Shown piece by piece: positions 38,760 through 47,868 of a DNA stretch of 64,000 nt. The DNA is from an uncultured Pseudohongiella sp. (GTDB taxonomy: Bacteria > Pseudomonadota > Gammaproteobacteria > Pseudomonadales > Pseudohongiellaceae): assembly GCA_902591495.1 (NCBI GenBank), contig CACJAW010000003.1, positions 21,500 through 85,499 of the forward strand, written 5' to 3'. Each line of letters opens with the position of its first letter. Within the stretch, counting starts at the first letter, position 1. The notes under the pieces are model-generated. The model was not told where the DNA came from. It was given only the letters and a program-made list of their open reading frames with translations, and did no database searches. The translations under genes were made by a program, and so were the position numbers.

Positions 38760-39134
38760 ATGGAGATTCTTTTTATAGTAACAATATGCTTATTTTTAAT
38801 ATTTTCACCGCTTATTCTTGGAAGTATTTTTCTCGGGTGGCAAAAGGGAATTAGGATTGTGCATAAGAAATCTGGGATCGAAAAAAATTGTTTTGTTGGA
38901 TATTCTTGGACATATTTTTTCTTTGGATTTTTTGTCCCCATTTTCAGAGGGGAAATCTCAATAGGTATTTTTCATCTAATCTTTAGTATCGTAACTTTAG
39001 GAGTATTCCAGCTTGTTATGCCTTTTCTTTATAATAAACAAGCCTCAATAAGGCTCTTGTTAAATGGTTGGGAATTAAACGATAGCGAGGAAAACAATTT
39101 ATTTGCAAGCTCTAAAATAGGAATAACTAGATAG
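38760..39134 (+). CDS. Small membrane protein, function unknown
   Basis: 124 aa with 2-3 predicted TM segments. The motif GYSWTYFFFGFFVPIFRG is reminiscent of DUF2628-type small membrane proteins, which is a tentative, memory-based comparison. Confidence 0.5.
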   Translation: MEILFIVTICLFLIFSPLILGSIFLGWQKGIRIVHKKSGIEKNCFVGYSWTYFFFGFFVPIFRGEISIGIFHLIFSIVTLGVFQLVMPFLYNKQASIRLLLNGWELNDSEENNLFASSKIGITR

Positions 39135-39221
39135 ATTAAGGAATAGGTTATTTTTACCCTTCTCTCGTGCAATAATTCGCATCAGTGAAGTAATTAGTAA
39201 ACATATTAGTGGTGGGATTAG

Positions 39222-40046
39222 ATGTCTTTATATGAAGGAAAAAAAATATTAATAACTGGGGCTTCTGCTGGTATAGGATACGCTCTATCAGAGGAGTTAG
39301 CCAAAAGAGGGTCAGACGTAATAATTTCTGCTAGAAGAAAAGATAAATTAGACGCGTTGGCTCAAAAAATTGAAAAGGCTGGAGGCAAAGCCGAGGTATT
39401 TGTCGAAGATTTATCAATGCCTCAATCTGGCAAAAAATTATATGATCAAATCAAATCCGCAGGGTTAAATATTGATATTCTGATCAATAACGCTGGCTAC
39501 GGCCGTTGGGGTGATTTAACAAGTCATGAGAGAGATGATTATTCGAAAATGTTACAACTTAATGTAACTTCTCTCACCGATCTTTGCCATTTATATATCC
39601 CTGATATGATTTCTCGGGGTGGTGGAGGAATTATTAATGTTGGATCGGTGGCATCTCTTTCACCGATTCCTTATGCAAGTGTTTACTCTTCTTCAAAGGC
39701 GTATGTTTTGATGTTTTCAGAAGCAATTCGCTACGAGTATCAAGATAAGGGAGTAAAAGTTATGGCTCTGTTACCTGGAGGCACAGAGTCAGAATTTGCA
39801 CGCATTGCTACTGAAAAATCGGAAAAACTTACTAAAAGATATCAAGAGCGAGAGGGTTCGGCGGCAGGTGGCGCTATGCAAACTCCTCTAGAAGTTGCTA
39901 TTGAATGTTTGGAGGCTTTTGAGAAAAATAAGCAATATATTCTTTGCGGCGGCAGAAACCGATTTTTATATAACCTAACAAAAATTATGTCACGTCAACG
40001 CGTCCTTGAAATGACTGGGAAAATGTTTGAAAAGGTTGCTGGTTAG
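39222..40046 (+). CDS. SDR family oxidoreductase
   Basis: 274 aa with the classical TGASAGIG cofactor motif, NNAG, and the YSSSK catalytic Tyr/Lys. The substrate is unknown. Confidence 0.88.
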   Translation: MSLYEGKKILITGASAGIGYALSEELAKRGSDVIISARRKDKLDALAQKIEKAGGKAEVFVEDLSMPQSGKKLYDQIKSAGLNIDILINNAGYGRWGDLTSHERDDYSKMLQLNVTSLTDLCHLYIPDMISRGGGGIINVGSVASLSPIPYASVYSSSKAYVLMFSEAIRYEYQDKGVKVMALLPGGTESEFARIATEKSEKLTKRYQEREGSAAGGAMQTPLEVAIECLEAFEKNKQYILCGGRNRFLYNLTKIMSRQRVLEMTGKMFEKVAG

Positions 40047-40166
40047 ATAAAAAGAGATTAATTTTAAAATGTAAGTAACAGGGACTTTAATTTCAGAAAA
40101 ACAAAACTATGCGAGCTGAGCACTACCGACTTAAATCAAATACATTTAAAAAGGTTTAGAAGAGAT

Positions 40167-41264
40167 ATGTTCTTTGGGTCAAAAAACCCAGTTATATGGT
40201 TTTTTTTAGTACTGTTTTGTATTACTGGTAGGGCAAGTGCAGAAAAACATATCCCTTTTGGTGTTGAACTAGGAGAAGACCAAAAACCAATTCCAGTGAA
40301 GATTGTGATAGTAACAATGTTTGAAATTGGTGAAGATGAGGGCGATAGGGCGGGTGAATTTCAGCTGTGGAAAGAGCGACAAGGCTTGGATGTTAAGATT
40401 GACTTTCCCCATTCGCACCATGATCTTTTCTATAACGAGGATACCCAAGTCTTGGGAATAGTTACCGGCATTGGTACTGCGAAATCAGCCTCAGCAATCA
40501 TGGCGCTTGGACTAGATTCTAGACTTGATTTATCCAATGCTTACTGGATTATCGCAGGAATAGCCGGCATTGATCCTGAAGATGCCTCTATCGGCTCTGT
40601 TGCTTGGTCTTCCTATTTGGTTGACGGAGATCTTGCTCATGAGATTGACCCAAGAGAGATGCCAGCAAATTGGGATTTTGGTTATTTCGCGCGTAATACT
40701 ACTTCGCCTTTTGATCCGAAAAAACCTGAACCCACTGGAGAGGTGTTTGTTGCGAATGAGAGTTTACGAGACTGGGCGTTTGACCAAACAAAAGGTATTG
40801 TTCTTCCAGACTCAAGATCGTTAGAAGAAACCCGAATGCTATATACAGAACATCCTAATGCAAGAAAACCACCATTTGTTTTAAAAGGTGGCCACATTGC
40901 AGCGATGACGTTTTGGCACGGCCAGATACTTAATGAGTGGGCGAACAGATGGGTAGCTTACTGGACAAATGGAAGAGCTGACTTTGTAACCTCTGCAATG
41001 GAAGATACCGGGACTTTTCAATCCTTGGAGTATTTAGATCGTATCGATCGTGTAGATAAAAATAGAGTGATGATTTTACGAGCGGGTAGTAACTACACCA
41101 TGCAACCTCCTAATATGACGGCGGCTGAGAATCTGTTAAGGGAAAACAAGGGCTTTGCTGGTTTGGAGGCTGCTTTAGAGTCCCTATATGCAGTAGGTTC
41201 AACAGTTCTAGAAGAGATTGTTGATAATTGGGACACTTACAAAGATTCTATTCCAGGACATTGA
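40167..41264 (+). CDS. NUP-family protein (annotated in databases as purine nucleoside permease), secreted
   Basis: 365 aa with an N-terminal signal peptide. The conserved stretches PVKIVIVTMFEIGEDEGDRAGEFQLW, GIGTAKSASAIMALGLD and AGIAGIDPEDASIGSVAW match my recollection of PF06516 members. Confidence 0.75.
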   Translation: MFFGSKNPVIWFFLVLFCITGRASAEKHIPFGVELGEDQKPIPVKIVIVTMFEIGEDEGDRAGEFQLWKERQGLDVKIDFPHSHHDLFYNEDTQVLGIVTGIGTAKSASAIMALGLDSRLDLSNAYWIIAGIAGIDPEDASIGSVAWSSYLVDGDLAHEIDPREMPANWDFGYFARNTTSPFDPKKPEPTGEVFVANESLRDWAFDQTKGIVLPDSRSLEETRMLYTEHPNARKPPFVLKGGHIAAMTFWHGQILNEWANRWVAYWTNGRADFVTSAMEDTGTFQSLEYLDRIDRVDKNRVMILRAGSNYTMQPPNMTAAENLLRENKGFAGLEAALESLYAVGSTVLEEIVDNWDTYKDSIPGH

Positions 41265-41291
41265 CTTTATGATGACCAAGGTTATCTAGTT

Positions 41292-41678
41292 TTGCTTTTA
41301 ATCGTTACTCATATTGCCTTTGCTTTAGCGGCAGTTCCGGTTGGGGTTTATATCTTCCTAACTAAAAAAGGAACAGCCAGACATAAGTTGGCAGGACGCT
41401 TTTGGGTTGCACTTTTGACAATTGTTTCCATGTCTGCAATACCAATCCAATCGATTAATCCTGGACAGTACTCTTTAATCCATCTTCTCATTCCATTTAC
41501 TATAGGCTCGCTAATCTACTCTATTTGGAGTATTCGAAGATTCAAGGTGACGCGCTTACAAAAACATAGATATGCTCATATGCATTCAATGATTGGCGTA
41601 TATGTGGGAGCGCTCTTAATTGCAGGGGCTCTTACATTACTCCCCGGAAGGTTTTTACACGAGGTTGTATTTGGATGA
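41292..41678 (+). CDS. DUF2306-like integral membrane protein
   Basis: 128 aa with 4 TM segments. The TTG start is uncertain. The family assignment is tentative. Confidence 0.5.
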   Translation: MLLIVTHIAFALAAVPVGVYIFLTKKGTARHKLAGRFWVALLTIVSMSAIPIQSINPGQYSLIHLLIPFTIGSLIYSIWSIRRFKVTRLQKHRYAHMHSMIGVYVGALLIAGALTLLPGRFLHEVVFG

Positions 41679-41692
41679 GAATTTTCTGGAAT

Positions 41693-41727
41693 AAAACAGG
41701 GGAAGCAAAAACACTACCCCTGTTTTT
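41693..41727. terminator. Bidirectional rho-independent terminator
   Basis: An AACAGGGG ... CCCCTGTT stem (8 bp, 14-nt loop) flanked by an A-run and a T-run, between the convergent 41292-41678 (+) and 41739-43586 (-) genes. Confidence 0.75.
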
Positions 41728-41738
41728 ATTTAAAGTAT

Positions 41739-43586
41739 TTAGTTGTCTATTTTAAAAACGTACAACTGCCCCCCTTCTGGAATAGATATATCCGCACCGG
41801 CAAATGCGGCAATCCCTTGGAAATTACCAGAGGCTATAGCTACATATGCGTCGCCGTCTAGCTCATACGCAATGGGTTGGCTACGAACACCGCCACCTAA
41901 TCGCTTCCTCCAAACTACGTCCCCAGTTTCAGCATCAAGTCCTAAGGCATGCCCTGTTTGGCTTCCTGTAAAAACTAAACCGCCAGCGGTGCTAAGCGTC
42001 CCCGCCATCATTGGCTGCGGATCATAGTATCTCCACGCTATGTCGCCGGTGTTGTAGTTTACTGCTGAAATATGCCCGTAAGCTGCAACATCACCAATCT
42101 CATCCGGCACACCATCGACAGGGATGGGCAATCCACCTGTGAACATTTGACCTTCAACGAACATACTCAGGCCTTTCTGCATTAGTTGGCAGCTTTCTAT
42201 CACGGGGATGAAAGCAAGCCCGAGGTCAGGATTTAAAGACCCAGCAACAGAGCCATTCATTCCGCCTAAAGCGCCGGGACAGATTCGCATCGTTGGCTCC
42301 TCGCTTGGTAAGGCCTCTGGGTTTACTACAGGTCTGCCGCTTGGCTCCATAGAGTCTGCCCAGTTCAATTGCTCCATGTAACTTGTTGCTCTAATAAATT
42401 CTCCATTTTCTCGGTTGATAGCATAAAAGAAACCGTTGCGGTTGGCCTGCACGAGCGCCTTGATGTTTTCTCCATCTTGATCCAGTTCTGCTTGAAATAA
42501 GTGGGAATTTCCATCGTAATCCCAGACATCATGGGGCGTAAATTGGTAGTACCATACTCTCTCGCCCGTGTCTGGATTAATTGCTAGAACGCTATCGGAG
42601 AATAGGTTATCTCCGAGCCGAGCATCTCCGTTCCAATCTGGAGCTGGGTTGCCAGTGGTCCAATAGACGAGATTAAGTTCTGCATCATAAGTACCGATCG
42701 TCCACGCTGGGGCGCCACCAGTCTCATAAGAATTTCCTGACCAAGTTTCATATCCAGGTTCGCCTTCGGCAGGAACGGTATAGTGTCTCCATTCCCTTTC
42801 GCCCGTATTTATATTGTAAGCATCAAAAAAGCCACGGACTCCAAACTCCCCACCGCCTACGCCTATCAGCGCAAGATCTTTGACAATTAGCGGGGCGGAG
42901 GTGGCGCTAAAACCGCGGAAATACTCAATTATTTCAGAATCCCAAAGCTTCTCTCCACTAAACCTGTCAAAAGCAAGCAATCTAGCGTCAAGCGTAGCCA
43001 TAAAAATTTTGTCGCCATGAATGGAAGCTCCCCGGTTTGCAGGCCCACAACAAAGTCTCAAATCCTCTGGCTGCTGATGGTCATATCTCCAATACATCTC
43101 ACCAGTTCTTGCATCCAGAGCGATCAGACGGTTGTAAGAAGTCGTAAGATACATAATTCCATCATAAACTATGGGAGAAACGGCGAATTGACCTAAGGTA
43201 CCAGAGGGAAATCCCCACTCAAAACTCAAACGGTCAATGTTTTCCACTGATAGTTGCTCGATGGGACTATGCCGATTGTTACTGTAATCTCCACCATACT
43301 GAAGCCAATTTCTGCCAGCAGAGGCTGTTTGGGGTTCGGTGAGCATCTCACTACTTACTGGACCTTCCCCGTCGCCTATATCTCGCTCGTTGAGCCAATG
43401 TGTTGTTGAAATCACCAATGCCTCGGCAACATCATCACCGTTAAATGTGTTGGCACTTTCAGACATCTCGGGGACATCTGGCATGGAGCTCGACTGTTGC
43501 TCAGCTGGGGAACAGCTCCAAAGAAATGCCGCTGAAATTAAGACCAGCAACAGTGATTTTAGGATAGACCTATGTATTGATCTCAT
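41739..43586 (-). CDS. PQQ-dependent dehydrogenase, methanol/ethanol (type I quinoprotein) family, possibly lanthanide-dependent
   Basis: 615 aa with a signal peptide. Motifs present are NWLQYGGDYSNNRHSP, the vicinal disulfide CCGPANRG, repeated W-motif propeller blades, and an active-site TPHDVWDYDG. Confidence 0.88.
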   Translation of the reverse strand: MRSIHRSILKSLLLVLISAAFLWSCSPAEQQSSSMPDVPEMSESANTFNGDDVAEALVISTTHWLNERDIGDGEGPVSSEMLTEPQTASAGRNWLQYGGDYSNNRHSPIEQLSVENIDRLSFEWGFPSGTLGQFAVSPIVYDGIMYLTTSYNRLIALDARTGEMYWRYDHQQPEDLRLCCGPANRGASIHGDKIFMATLDARLLAFDRFSGEKLWDSEIIEYFRGFSATSAPLIVKDLALIGVGGGEFGVRGFFDAYNINTGEREWRHYTVPAEGEPGYETWSGNSYETGGAPAWTIGTYDAELNLVYWTTGNPAPDWNGDARLGDNLFSDSVLAINPDTGERVWYYQFTPHDVWDYDGNSHLFQAELDQDGENIKALVQANRNGFFYAINRENGEFIRATSYMEQLNWADSMEPSGRPVVNPEALPSEEPTMRICPGALGGMNGSVAGSLNPDLGLAFIPVIESCQLMQKGLSMFVEGQMFTGGLPIPVDGVPDEIGDVAAYGHISAVNYNTGDIAWRYYDPQPMMAGTLSTAGGLVFTGSQTGHALGLDAETGDVVWRKRLGGGVRSQPIAYELDGDAYVAIASGNFQGIAAFAGADISIPEGGQLYVFKIDN

Positions 43587-43628
43587 TTTTCTTTAATCTC
43601 CAAAGTCAATAACTGATTAGAAGCGGTT

Positions 43629-44003
43629 TTACGAGCAGGCCGCCCTGTTAGATTTAAGGAAAGCAATGACCTTCCAAAGATCATCTTCTCCTTCTGGGAA
43701 ATTTGTCCCGAAGCCAATCATGCGAGTGTTAGGAACACCATTTGTAACAGTATTAAAAATGGCTTGATCAGAGCCGCCGTGCTTCCACTCACAATCGAAT
43801 AGATAAACTGCATCTACAACCTCAGGTGTTAGTCTATGACAGTATCCCGCGCAGGTGCCGACGAAAATCGAGCGACCCCGCTGAACTGCTGCGGCATCTG
43901 TTAAGTACTCGTCCGCCTTGCTGGGTGGTTCGCTAGCAGGACCACAAGAAATTAGAATCACAGCAATACAGCTGAGTAATGATAGAGTTTTTAACAGTTG
44001 CAT
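43629..44003 (-). CDS. Class I c-type cytochrome, probable lipoprotein
   Basis: 124 aa with a signal peptide and LISC lipobox, a single CAGYCH haem motif and a downstream Met candidate. It lies 42 nt upstream of the PQQ dehydrogenase on the same strand. Confidence 0.8.
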   Translation of the reverse strand: MQLLKTLSLLSCIAVILISCGPASEPPSKADEYLTDAAAVQRGRSIFVGTCAGYCHRLTPEVVDAVYLFDCEWKHGGSDQAIFNTVTNGVPNTRMIGFGTNFPEGEDDLWKVIAFLKSNRAACS

Positions 44004-44355
44004 AAGTAGAATTTAAACCCGAAATAATTTTAAAAGCCAATGTACGCCGCAGTCTTCATACAGAATATCGCCTTTTAAAAATCAAAAGCGACAACATGCT
44101 GTAATTAAGAATCTATAAATTCCCCCCTGAAGGACTTGCATGCCTTAACTTTTGCTCGAAGAGGAACAAGAACTTTTAGCTTTTTGTCCTAAAAACCAAT
44201 CTTAATAGCATTCGTTTTGGGACGTGGATTTTCCCTTTCACATCCCCTAGGCAAACTATATCCTATTAATACCAGAATATTGTGACAACTGACAACCCCA
44301 AAAAACGGAATACGTCCCAAAATTGAACTACAAATTTAATTGTAGCATTGCCTTC

Positions 44356-45207
44356 TCAGCTAGGATTTCTAAGAGCCTTTTGGCTTTTTTCGAGGCGTTC
44401 TAAATGCTCTTTCAACAAAGGTTTTCGGTGTCGGGCCACGCCCGTTGCCAGCACATCAATTACAACTAAGTGAGCTATCCTAGAGGAAACTGGAGTAAAT
44501 GACTCCAAATCTTCCTCCATGTTTACGTAGATCGCTAAATTACAAAGGCGGGATAGGGAAGTATTTTGGGGCGCCAGCCCAATTACATTAGCTCCGGCTT
44601 CTCTCGCGAGCTCAACACTTTCCAAGAGTGCTTGTGTTTCTCCAGACTGGGAAATTGCAACCACCACGTCCTCCGACCCAAGAGAAATTGCAGACATACG
44701 TTGTATATGTGGGTCTGTATACGCTGCCGACGAGAGCTGAAGTCGGAAAAATTTATGCTGAGCGTCGGCAGCAACAGAGCCAGAGGCACCAAAGCCATAA
44801 AATTCGACTCTACGTGCGTTGCTGATGGTGTCTATTGCTTGTTCTAGAACTGCAGGGTTAATTTCATCTCTCACTGTTATCAGTGAGCCTACTGTCGTGT
44901 CAAAAACCTTGTTAAGAAGATCTGCTACGGTATCACTATCTTCCACTGCAAATTGAGTAAAAACTGAACCAAGGCCGAGTTGCTGAGCTAATTGTAATTT
45001 AAACGATTGGAACCCATCGAACCCTATCGCTCTACAAAATCGAATAACTGTCGGTTCACTTACTGCAGATTCGGAGGCAAGATCAACGATACGCATCTTA
45101 ATAACCTCATCTAAATTTTCTAACACGTAACTCGCCACTTTCGCCTCTGATTTACGAAGAGAAGACTGGCTATCGGTGATACGTCTAATTAAATTAGGTG
45201 AATTCAA
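44356..45207 (-). CDS. RpiR/MurR family transcriptional regulator (HexR-like)
   Basis: 283 aa with an N-terminal HTH_6 region (SEPTVIRFCRAIGFDGFQSFK) and a SIS domain (FYGFGASGSVA, ISQSGET). Confidence 0.85.
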   Translation of the reverse strand: MNSPNLIRRITDSQSSLRKSEAKVASYVLENLDEVIKMRIVDLASESAVSEPTVIRFCRAIGFDGFQSFKLQLAQQLGLGSVFTQFAVEDSDTVADLLNKVFDTTVGSLITVRDEINPAVLEQAIDTISNARRVEFYGFGASGSVAADAQHKFFRLQLSSAAYTDPHIQRMSAISLGSEDVVVAISQSGETQALLESVELAREAGANVIGLAPQNTSLSRLCNLAIYVNMEEDLESFTPVSSRIAHLVVIDVLATGVARHRKPLLKEHLERLEKSQKALRNPS

Positions 45208-45277
45208 GCAGCACCTGTAACATTGAAATTCTCGAATATGCTACTGAATTTAACTGAATCTAGCCAATAGATTTATT

Positions 45278-46441
45278 ATGATAAAAAGACACATCGATTT
45301 CGTCGAATCAATTGAAGAAATCGGGATCGAAGTATGGAATAACCTAGCCGGCACCGATAGCCCATTTACTCGGTATGAATTTTTACACGCCCTTGAGTCC
45401 TCTGGGAGCACCACTGCGGCTACAGGTTGGCAACCTTTTCATGTTTTAGTGACTGAAAGTGACACTGAAATAGAAATCTATGATCAGCCGATAGCAGTGA
45501 TGCCACTCTATCTTAAGAGTAATTCTTGGGGAGAGTATGTTTTTGACTGGTCCTGGGCAGAAGCCTACGCAAGGCATGGAATCGATTACTACCCGAAATT
45601 CGTTACATCAATACCCTTCACCCCTTCTTGTGGAAATAGAATCCTTACCCAAGAAGGTATTGATCATACTTCGGTAGCGCGATTTATATACGCAAAGATA
45701 AGGGAAAAGGCAGAGTCTTTGAATGCTTCGTCCTGGCACGTTCTGTTTCCAGTGGAGGACGAGCATAGGGTGCTTTGCAGTACCGGATTACAAAAAAGGG
45801 TAGGCACTCAATTTCATTGGTATAACAATAACTACGAGAGCTTTTCTGATTTTCTAGGAAGTCTTAACGCTAGAAAAAGGAAAAGTATTCGAAAAGAGCG
45901 AGGGCAAATTGCAAGTGAGGAGATTGGTTTTAGAAGAACAGAAGGTGCAGATATTACTGACGCACAGTGGTCCGATTTCTTTCTGTTTTATCAAAATACA
46001 TATGCAATGAGGGGAATGCAGGGTTATCTTGATATTGAATTTTTTCGAAAAATAGGCGAGGTTATGTCAGAGCAGATTTTGCTAATTAATGCTGTGAAAG
46101 ATAACTCTGACATTGCTGCCGCGTTATTTCTTAAAGGTGAAGACTCTTTGTTTGGGCGTTATTGGGGTAGTCGTGTCGATCAACAATTTCTTCATTTCGA
46201 AACATGCTATTACCAGGGTCAAGAATATGCGATCGAGAACGGAATCCAGGTTTTTGACTCGGGAGCTCAGGGTGAACACAAAATTCAACGAGGATTCGCG
46301 CCTGTTTATACTTATTCAAACCACTGGCTTGCAAATGAAGAATTTTCACGGGCGGTTGAGAATTTTTTGAAAGAGGAAAAAACCCATGTAATGGAATACA
46401 AGAAGCAAGCGGACAAACTACTTCCTTTTAAGAAAGAGTAG
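45278..46441 (+). CDS. FemAB-like / GNAT-fold N-acyltransferase family protein (DUF482)
   Basis: 387 aa. The overall pattern (GWQPFHVLV, FDWSWAEAY, YYPK, PFTP..G.R, FDSGAQGEHK..RGF) fits PF04339 as I recall it. Confidence 0.65.
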   Translation: MIKRHIDFVESIEEIGIEVWNNLAGTDSPFTRYEFLHALESSGSTTAATGWQPFHVLVTESDTEIEIYDQPIAVMPLYLKSNSWGEYVFDWSWAEAYARHGIDYYPKFVTSIPFTPSCGNRILTQEGIDHTSVARFIYAKIREKAESLNASSWHVLFPVEDEHRVLCSTGLQKRVGTQFHWYNNNYESFSDFLGSLNARKRKSIRKERGQIASEEIGFRRTEGADITDAQWSDFFLFYQNTYAMRGMQGYLDIEFFRKIGEVMSEQILLINAVKDNSDIAAALFLKGEDSLFGRYWGSRVDQQFLHFETCYYQGQEYAIENGIQVFDSGAQGEHKIQRGFAPVYTYSNHWLANEEFSRAVENFLKEEKTHVMEYKKQADKLLPFKKE

Positions 46442-46451
46442 TCCGCTTTTA

Positions 46452-47051
46452 TCATCTTGAGAATACTAAAAGCTGATTATTGGACGGCATTTGTACATCA
46501 GCTACTAAGCTTAAACCTACACTAACTGCTAATTCACTTATAGCTTCGAAATCCCTTACACCGCTTCTGAGGTCCTTTTCTTTAAGCCATTCATCAAATT
46601 CAGCATTGCTTTTTGTCGTAAAGTTACCGTCGTATTTAAAGGGACCATAAATGAAAACTAATGCACTTTGTTGAAGGACATTGGGGATCCTAGAAAAAAA
46701 ATTCTCTACTGACTTTTCGGACATGATATGCAAGCTATTTGCGGTGAATAGCAATTGGTATTTCTTCACATTCCAATTGGAATCATTTACATCGAGTATC
46801 AGAGCTGGGGGTAAATTGTGTAAATTTGCTTCTGATATTCTGAGGTTTAAATCGGCAACGGAACCCGGCAAGTCAGATGTTTGCCAAAGTAAATTTGGGA
46901 AACTTCTTGCAAAAAATTCACCATGCTGTCCTGTTCCGCCAGCAATCTCTAGGAGGCTTTCTTGATCAGAGATGTATTCCTTTAGGACTTTTAGTATGGG
47001 TTGTTTATTGTTTTCACATGCCTGGCTGAAGGGCAAACGATCGTTAAGCAT
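46452..47051 (-). CDS. DUF938 family protein (SAM-dependent methyltransferase fold)
   Basis: 199 aa with an N-terminal PFSQACENNKQPILKVL and an EIAGGTGQH SAM-type glycine motif. Confidence 0.7.
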   Translation of the reverse strand: MLNDRLPFSQACENNKQPILKVLKEYISDQESLLEIAGGTGQHGEFFARSFPNLLWQTSDLPGSVADLNLRISEANLHNLPPALILDVNDSNWNVKKYQLLFTANSLHIMSEKSVENFFSRIPNVLQQSALVFIYGPFKYDGNFTTKSNAEFDEWLKEKDLRSGVRDFEAISELAVSVGLSLVADVQMPSNNQLLVFSR

Positions 47052-47057
47052 GTGATT

Positions 47058-47840
47058 TTACTTTTCTTTCTTGCGCTTAAAGACAAGCTCTGACTCTGTT
47101 GATTCGTCTGCGCAAAATGAGTAGCCATCTGTATTGAACGCAGTTAACTCAGCCGGAGTTTTAATTTTATTTTTTATTATGTAGGAGGCCATGAGTCCTC
47201 TGGCCCGTTTCGCAAAGAAGCTTATCACTCGATACCTATCTTTAGACCAATCCTTAAATTGAGGTGTGACAATTTTTGCATCAATTTCGTTGGCTTTTAC
47301 TGAGGAAAAATACTCATTGCTAGCCAAATTTATAAGAAATCTTGTTGTCTTTGGTTGAGAGCGAAGTTCCGAATTAACATTATCTGTGATTTTCCTTCCC
47401 CAAAACTCATATAAATTGCTGTTATCTTTTATGCCAAATCGACTGCCCATTTCTAATCGGTAGGCTTGCATTAAATCTAGTGGCCTTAATATCCCATAGA
47501 GACCTGACAGAATTCTAAGGTGATTTTGTGCATAGTTTAAATCGGACGAATTTAAGTCCTCTGCCTTTAGACCCAGGTATACGTCACCCTTAAAGGCAAA
47601 TATAGCTTGCCTTGAATTGTCCAGTTTGAAAGGAGTTCTCCATTCATTAAATCTTTGAAAGTTTTCAAATGCCAGCTTGTCGCTAATACTCATTAATGAC
47701 GAAATCTTTGCTGGAGAAAGCTTACGCAGACTGCCCACGAGCTCAGAGGCTTCTGGTAAGAATTGTGGATTAGAATGCTTTTTTGTGGCGACCTTGGAGT
47801 CAAAGTCTAAAGATTTAGCTGGAGAAATAATTGTCAACAT
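47058..47840 (-). CDS. yaaA: Peroxide stress protein YaaA (DUF328)
   Basis: 260 aa with an N-terminal MLTIISPAKSLDF and conserved length. Confidence 0.88.
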   Translation of the reverse strand: MLTIISPAKSLDFDSKVATKKHSNPQFLPEASELVGSLRKLSPAKISSLMSISDKLAFENFQRFNEWRTPFKLDNSRQAIFAFKGDVYLGLKAEDLNSSDLNYAQNHLRILSGLYGILRPLDLMQAYRLEMGSRFGIKDNSNLYEFWGRKITDNVNSELRSQPKTTRFLINLASNEYFSSVKANEIDAKIVTPQFKDWSKDRYRVISFFAKRARGLMASYIIKNKIKTPAELTAFNTDGYSFCADESTESELVFKRKKEK

Positions 47841-47868
47841 ATCTTACGTTGTCTCAATGAAGTTAACT

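Noticed and set aside
38242-38760. Possible Tn7-type insertion at the glmS attachment site
   Set aside because: There are no tnsABCDE-like genes, no Tn7 end repeats and no 5-bp target duplication. Only the diverged junction repeat is present, and it is reported separately.
44100-44108. TGTAATTAA, resembling one half of the gammaproteobacterial HexR operator, about 100 bp upstream of the cytochrome gene
   Set aside because: The second half-site does not match (AATCTA where ATTACA would be expected). A single half-site in AT-rich DNA is not meaningful evidence.
44004-44355. Search for a pqqA-like peptide gene next to the PQQ dehydrogenase
   Set aside because: All short ORFs on both strands are 19 codons or fewer and lack the conserved Glu-X3-Tyr context.
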